A stretch of 64,000 bases of DNA from Corallochytrium limacisporum Hawaii (lineage: Eukaryota; Protista; Pluriformea). The position numbers and the translations under genes are program-made. Where the stretch lies: contig PDIP01000073.1 in assembly GCA_002811645.1 (NCBI GenBank), positions 230,951 through 294,950 of the forward strand, given 5' to 3'. Below, piece by piece: positions 57,945 to 64,000 of the stretch; within the stretch, counting starts at the first letter, position 1, and the number at the start of each line of letters is the position of its first letter. Below the pieces are notes generated by a model. The model saw only the letters and a program-made list of their open reading frames with translations, had not been told where the DNA came from and did not search any database.

Positions 57945-58776
57945 GCGAGCTTTGGGAGCTATCGGAAACAAAGAGAAGCAAAATGAAGGCTTTGTATTCA
58001 TAAAAACCCAAATCGAAAAAACAATGAGCTAACTCCAATGGGAGATCAAGACAGGATTGGTGGACGGACTAGCAGCAGCAACCGAAGCAGCGACAGCGGT
58101 AAGCGAACAGGATTGGCGAACAATGGGCAATCCGAGTCTCGCACATATGGGCAAGACCGATAATGTGGCAGAGGGACGGAGTTACGAAGTCACTTCATTG
58201 GCGGCTGTCTCTGTAGCCCACACGCCCCTGTCTACAGACGGCGAGCTCACTGTGCTCACTCTGGCTGCAAAAACGTCTTGTTCCTTACCAACCACATACC
58301 CTCCATAACTCAATCTAAAACTGTGCACGTTTTCACATAATGAGCTACCCTGGCACAACTTGCACAAGCGAGCCGTTTTGTCGTTTTGCTGTATTCGGAT
58401 TTCATTCCGGGACCATGGGTCTTTCCTCAGCGGAGGAGTGCACGCGGCCGTCGGCACAAACAGGTGATTTACCCCGACCCCTGCACGTCAGCATGGTATT
58501 GACAATCGTGAAGGGCCGCAATGAGTCTTTAAACATCCGCAATGACTACGTGCGAGGTCAGCACGGTTCGCACAGTATTTCAGAGCCAATGAAGTTTTGT
58601 ACATAAAGCCACCTTACAATTTTGCGACCTGCAATTACTGCAAGGGATGGGTGTCGTTTCCTGATGTGCTTGTTGTGTATTATATTAGCTATTGTGCATG
58701 AGATTAGCTACACTTGCAAGGTCGATGAGTTCCCGGTTGGCAACAAACAAGTCATTTAGTGTGTTCGCCTTCCAGT

Positions 58777-59922
58777 TCAAGCCGCGGCCTTCTCACCCTC
58801 ACCAGTTGCTTTCTTCTTGTTCTTCTTCTTGGCCTTTTTGCCAACGCTCTGTGCAAGCAGGTTCTTAACTTCTTCGTCAGTGACTTCTTTCTCGGGCTTG
58901 ACAATGTCAGTGATGGTGTCCGGACCCTTTGTGATACGCAAAGGAGTGCCGTTTTCCATGATCAGCACTGTGTACTTGAATTGGGCCACCTTTGCCCCCT
59001 CCTTGTCGTAGAACATGGGGAAGGCAGACATGACGTTGTGGCGGACGGCCTCGCCGACACCCATCTTTGCCTTGCTCTCGTCCTCAAAGGCACGCAGGGT
59101 AAAGGGCATGACAGTGAATCTACTGGTAGCCTCTGCATTGATCTTGCGACTGTTTTGCATCTTGAGCTGGTAGGTGATGCCGGTGCGACGGTAAATGGTG
59201 CATAATTCATCCTTCTGCTTGGGTACGGCATCACCGTTACTCATGAGAATGTCCATGGCCAAAACCTCATTAGTCAGCAGCGGTTCGTTCTTGACCGACC
59301 GATCCTGGTCCTCCGTAGGGTTCTGCACAATGCTCTTGTCACTGTCGGGTTCGTTGCGGGCAAGCACGTGGCTGGCCATGCCCTGTACTGGCTTGACACC
59401 GTAGTCGTTGGCGACCTTGGTGATGACCTTGCTAATGTCCTTCGTCATCTGGTCGGGTTTGACGAGGCGCAGGCAGGCTTCGGAGGCCTTGTATGCAGCC
59501 ATGATTGTGTCGGCCAAAGGTCCGGTCACGGGGTTCTCCTTGCTGGCACCGACCACCACGGTGTGGGCAATCATAGCAATGTAGCCGTCAATGTGAGCAC
59601 CGAGGTCAATCTTCACCACATCTCCAGTCTTGAGCACCAGGGGCTCCCGGCTGGCCAAGGGGCTGAAGTGGCAGACGCAGTTGTTTACATTGATGCAGGT
59701 GGGGAAAGCAATTCCCTTGGAGATACCCTTGGGCTTGTTGTAGAGCTTGCCAGTCTCCTCGGTGATGAACTTGTCACCGGCATCACACAATTCGACAGCG
59801 GAGGCGCCTTCCTTGACCAAGCCAATAACCAAGACCAGAGCCTTGTTGGCGATATCACCGGCGGCCCTGTACTTGGTGACAACGTCAGGGGTCAATCCCT
59901 TATCTTCCTCAACGTCAGACAT
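58777..59922 (-). CDS. PA2G4: Proliferation-associated protein 2G4 (Ebp1/Cdb4)
   Basis: Likely start 59922 (MSDVEED); VVTKY..AGDIAN, KGIAFPTCI.VNNCVCHFSP, VKIDLG.HIDGY, MPFTLR, VAQFK.TVL and a Lys-rich tail. Confidence 0.96.
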   Translation of the reverse strand: MSDVEEDKGLTPDVVTKYRAAGDIANKALVLVIGLVKEGASAVELCDAGDKFITEETGKLYNKPKGISKGIAFPTCINVNNCVCHFSPLASREPLVLKTGDVVKIDLGAHIDGYIAMIAHTVVVGASKENPVTGPLADTIMAAYKASEACLRLVKPDQMTKDISKVITKVANDYGVKPVQGMASHVLARNEPDSDKSIVQNPTEDQDRSVKNEPLLTNEVLAMDILMSNGDAVPKQKDELCTIYRRTGITYQLKMQNSRKINAEATSRFTVMPFTLRAFEDESKAKMGVGEAVRHNVMSAFPMFYDKEGAKVAQFKYTVLIMENGTPLRITKGPDTITDIVKPEKEVTDEEVKNLLAQSVGKKAKKKNKKKATGEGEKAAA

Positions 59923-59954
59923 GATGGTCCACTTAATGTTCCCATGTGATTCTA

Positions 59955-60005
59955 CTGAATCTGACCACATGTACATAGGTACGCAGGAACGTAACAATCT
60001 TGTAC
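59955..60005 (-). other. Candidate 5'-UTR intron of PA2G4 (51 nt; 54 nt with the tandem TAG)
   Basis: AAG|GTACAA...GATTCAG(TAG); splicing would remove two upstream in-frame ATGs. Confidence 0.5.
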
Positions 60006-61126
60006 CTTTCCAAATCTATGTGGCCGTTGATAGAGACAAACACACTATATGTAATATGTTTGAATTGTGTTCATCTGTGCGATGCATAGTTGTTGTGGAA
60101 GACGAGTGGCAAAGTTTAGCAGAAAAGGCGCAATATCCGCACATTCACCGCGCTTCACAATGCGTACCCAGCAGCAGTAGAGTAACAATGTACTTTCCCC
60201 TGAACAGTCGACCCACACTGCCTCTGCCGGGGACAGAGATTTGTGTGTGTGTGTGTGTGTTTTGTGTGTATGCGGCGTTCCCGGCAGAAAACAATAAAGA
60301 AAAACTTGGCGGATATCCACAACAACAATCATCCCGTCCTTACTATTCTCACTACAGTACTCTCGACACGTGGGGGTGGGGAGGGTGGCTTGCGAATCTT
60401 CCTGCCAGGGCAAAAACGGAGCAACAGCCCCTGGCAGTTTGTTTCACAAGGGAACCAAACACCCAAGGGGACCCTAAAGGGAATGGGAAAACTCCAGAGA
60501 ACCTTAAGCCCACTTGCGGGAATAGCGGGGTTTGGGGGACTTCGCAGTGTAGTGCACATACACCGGGCCATCTGTTTGCACACAGGGCGATGATGTTGCG
60601 GCCACGGCCCGTGCAGGAGTGCGTAATGCAACAACAGGGTGCAGTGAGGCTTCGCCCGAGGAAAACAAACGGGGGCGAGCCCAAACAGAGACCGCGAAAC
60701 ATACACACAGGCAGTCCGGGGACTGGTCACCCTGCTCTGAGCGGCAAGTATCGACGGGTTCTCCAAACTTTCCCGGGTCAGCCTGTCTGTGTGTGTGGGA
60801 GTGCTCTGAGAACGCGTTCCGGCACCGTCCTGCCGGTAAAGCAAAGCGACTCGGCGAGAACAGCCAGGTCCGCAGGCCAAAATCGAAGGCCGAAATCGCT
60901 GAATCTCCGCCATGGTTTCTGGGGCCCAAACGGGGACATTCTGAGCTAACGGAGAGCGAAGGCGAAGGGGCCGGGAGTCTTGAATATTTTTCCTCTGTAC
61001 CGCCACCCCTGGGGTGTCCGCGGTCAAAGTCTCCCTTGCGCCCCCCCCCCCCGGGCGCCCCAACTCACACATTCCTCGCATGGTCCTCGGCCGCGAACCA
61101 TTCTACCACCCCCCCCCCCCCCCCGG

Positions 61127-61164
<38 letters not shown>

Positions 61165-61417
61165 NNNNNNNNNNNNNNNNNNNNNNNNNNNNNNNNNNNN
61201 NNNNNNNNNNNNNNNNNNNNNNNNNNNNNNNNNNNNNNNNNNNNNNNNNNNNNNNNNNNNNNNNNNNNNNNNNNNNNNNNNNNNNNNNNNNNNNNNNNNN
61301 NNNNNNNNNNNNNNNNNNNNNNNNNNNNNNNNNNNNNNNNNNNNNNNNNNNNNNNNNNNNNNNNNNNNNNNNNNNNNNNNNNNNNNNNNNNNNNNNNNNN
61401 NNNNNNNNNNNNNNNNN
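61165..61417. other. Assembly gap
   Basis: N run following a long poly-G. Confidence 1.
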
Positions 61418-61892
61418 GGCCGGGGGAAGGGGGTTGTGGGTTGGAGGGGAAGAGATAGTGGTTGTCCAGTTCGCTTGGGTCTCAATGTATGGGAACCCAC
61501 GTTTGGCGGGAGTTTCGCGCCCAGTGCCACTCACAGTTTGTTCTTCGCTCGCTTTGGATGCCTCCCGGGTCCCGGCAAACCCGCCCGGCACACTGCCGGA
61601 AAGGAGATAGAGAGTCTCCTACGGACCAAGCCAAGCGTGGTACACGCGCTTCATAACCGTAGCTCAGTATTGTCAAATGGGATCGTTCTCTGACTTTCTT
61701 TCTTGTGATAGACACTGTCACAGGTGGTGTATGTGTTGTGATCTGGTGGAGGTGTTGATTGGAAATAATCCCGTGCAACTACAAAGGGACGGATACATAG
61801 CATCCGTCGCGAAGGTGTTTTTCCCGAAGGCCAATGCAGGAGTGTTCCACTATGCCGTAGATACAGAGACTGTAGCCTGACCTTGAGCGATG

Positions 61893-61950
61893 GTATGTAG
61901 GCTGAGAAAGCCCCTTGCGGAAGCATACGACAAATGATTTGGTATAGTAG
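61893..61950 (+). other. Candidate intron immediately after the SAMHD1 start codon (58 nt)
   Basis: ATG|GTATGT...GTATAGTAG|ACG; joins ATG 61890 in frame to the ORF through 21 stop-free codons. Confidence 0.65.
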
Positions 61951-62013
61951 ACGAGAAGAGGAAGAAGACAACCTCTAGACGAAAAAGAAGAGGAAGGCAT
62001 ACGTTTACGTACC

Positions 62014-63786
62014 ATGACTGCAGCGAGCATGAACAGAGATCCAGGTAGCGACCAGGAGCTGTTCACCACAGATACCACTCCAAGCACAGTGCGGGGCTCG
62101 GGGACAAAGGAACGTAGGACAGCCCAGCGGCAGATATTTTCGTCAGCCGATACGCTCACGACGCCGTCCAATGCCATGTCAATACCGCAGCCTGAGACGC
62201 CCCAGCTGGGCAAGGTGATCCAGGATCCGGTCCACGGACCCATTGAAGTTCACCCCTTGATCTGTAAGTTCATTGATACGCCACAGTTTCAGCGGCTGCG
62301 GTTTATTCGGCAATTGGGTGCCTGCTACTACGTGTATCCCGGGGCGAGTCACAACCGTTTCGAACACTGTATTGGTACCTACCACCTGGCGACGGAGTGG
62401 CTGAATGAATTGGCGCTGCGGCAGCCTGAACTCGGGTTGAATGCGAAGGATGAACTTATGGTTGGTATTGCGGCATTGTGTCACGATCTGGGCCATGGGC
62501 CTTATAGTCACATGTTTGACAACTATTTCATCCCTGAAGTCAGGCCGGACCGCCCGCTATGGAAGCATGAAGATGCCTCCATCAAGATGCTGTACCATTT
62601 AATTGAGTGCAATGAATTGTGGCCGCAGCTCGAATTATTCGGCCTCAATCCTCAGGATGTTGAGATCATTGCGGATTTGATTTGCCCCAGTAAGGAGCTT
62701 TCGAAGACCGATCTCAAGGTTCCATACGAAAAAGCATTCTTGTACGACATTGTTGCAAACAAGCGCAGCGGAATAGACTGCGACAAACTGGACTACTTTG
62801 TGCGAGACGCCTATATGCTTGGCATGCGTACCGCCCTTGATCATCACCGCCTCTTCAAGTTCTGTCGGGTCATCACACCGAAGAAGGTTGACGCGTTCTC
62901 AGGCTACGACTACGAGGACGACGAATGGATGGAAAAGGAGCATCTGCCACAGATATGCTTCGACGAGAAAGAGGCATCGAATCTTTACGAGCTGTTCCAC
63001 ACTCGCTGGCTGCTGCACCGCCGTGCCTATCAGCACAAGGTTACGTGCTCCGTGGAGATGATGCATTTGGATTGTTTGATGGCTGCTGATCCGCATGTGA
63101 CGTTCCGTGGCAAGGGAGGCAAGGTCCTCCGCATCAGTGAGTGTATCGATGACATGGTGGCCTTCACAAAACTGAATGACCACGTGTTTACAATGATTGC
63201 TCTCAGCAACGATCCGAAGCTTGTGGAAGCACAGGCAATTTTGGAACGCATTGATCACCGGGACCTCTACCGCTGGGTCACACACGTACAGCCCACGGAG
63301 CCAAAGACAAAGCAAGAAGTACGTCAGATCCAGGACGAAATTGTGTCCTGCGCGCGCGGATTGCTGAATCCTGGAGATGTCATCGCTCGGCTCGTAAACA
63401 TGGACTATGGCATGAAGGACAAGGACCCTGTAGCGACCAAGACTTTCTTCTACTCGAAGGCTGCGCCGTACGTAGCCTTTCCCCTGCGTAAGGATCAAGT
63501 CAGTGGCATGTTACCGGACACGTTCAATGAGCAGTACATTTTTGTCTATTCGCGAAAGAAAGAGCTGATCCAAACTGTCAAAGACTCTGTCAGGCGATGG
63601 CACAAACGCGGGAAATGTCGCACTCCCCGCCGCCCTCTGTACTTTAACGATGTCACATACACTCCGCAGCGACAGCCTACAGCGTCGGAGGCATCACCCG
63701 CGCACTCTCAACGGGTACTGCAACGCGCCATCTCCCAGTCCCAGGACGAGACGCCAATGCAGGCCGCAAAGCGGCAGGCTGTGTGA
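62014..63786 (+). CDS. SAMHD1: dNTP triphosphohydrolase, SAMHD1-like (HD domain, no SAM domain)
   Basis: DPVHG.IE, IDTPQFQRLR.I.QLG, HNRFEH, CHDLGHGPYSHMFD, W.HE, D.DK.DY and LHRRAYQHKV. The true start may be ATG 61890 via an intron (see findings). Confidence 0.96.
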   Translation: MTAASMNRDPGSDQELFTTDTTPSTVRGSGTKERRTAQRQIFSSADTLTTPSNAMSIPQPETPQLGKVIQDPVHGPIEVHPLICKFIDTPQFQRLRFIRQLGACYYVYPGASHNRFEHCIGTYHLATEWLNELALRQPELGLNAKDELMVGIAALCHDLGHGPYSHMFDNYFIPEVRPDRPLWKHEDASIKMLYHLIECNELWPQLELFGLNPQDVEIIADLICPSKELSKTDLKVPYEKAFLYDIVANKRSGIDCDKLDYFVRDAYMLGMRTALDHHRLFKFCRVITPKKVDAFSGYDYEDDEWMEKEHLPQICFDEKEASNLYELFHTRWLLHRRAYQHKVTCSVEMMHLDCLMAADPHVTFRGKGGKVLRISECIDDMVAFTKLNDHVFTMIALSNDPKLVEAQAILERIDHRDLYRWVTHVQPTEPKTKQEVRQIQDEIVSCARGLLNPGDVIARLVNMDYGMKDKDPVATKTFFYSKAAPYVAFPLRKDQVSGMLPDTFNEQYIFVYSRKKELIQTVKDSVRRWHKRGKCRTPRRPLYFNDVTYTPQRQPTASEASPAHSQRVLQRAISQSQDETPMQAAKRQAV

Positions 63787-64000
63787 AATCCATGCCAATC
63801 AATCGGCGCAGGCCGTCATTGTTTGCTCACAACCCGCTCATCCCATTGGCAGCAATACAGTCAAATACGACGTACGATAGCACCACCAAACGTAACCTTG
63901 ACGGGGGTCCAATTTCCTTTTCACACATACCACCCTCTGTCTCATAATATTAGGCCGAATCTATTCAAATCACATTCATTCGAATCCCGACCGCTGTGGC

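Noticed and set aside
59747-60949. 400-aa + strand ORF overlapping the PA2G4 5' end
   Set aside because: Antisense shadow plus promoter and microsatellite sequence; no motifs.

Overview
Eukaryotic genomic window with about 22 protein-coding genes. The gene set (KANSL2, SLC12A8, POC1, snurportin, SAMHD1, RAP1GDS1, a PDE9-type remnant, alongside an ATP-type PEPCK) suggests a unicellular holozoan, and the uninterrupted coding sequences would fit a very intron-poor lineage such as Corallochytrium. That taxon call is inference only. All protein calls come from recognising motifs by eye; no database searches were run. Every conserved coding region is one continuous ORF, yet most genes have a candidate GT..AG intron of about 46-63 nt shortly upstream of the start codon. 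In SAMHD1 it falls directly after an ATG and would add an in-frame N-terminal extension. This 5'-leader-confined micro-intron architecture is the main finding. Other observations: recurrent C(n)G(n) palindromes and G/C tracts upstream of genes, a frameshifted PDE9-like pseudogene fragment the ORF track misses, a densely base-paired ~140-nt element between two C(n)G(n) palindromes, an SR protein with RD instead of RS repeats, a secreted knottin-like protein, an internally duplicated 8-TM protein, and three very long low-complexity upstream regions. Four assembly gaps all abut G- or C-rich runs. I could not support any tRNA, rRNA, CRISPR array or intact transposon.
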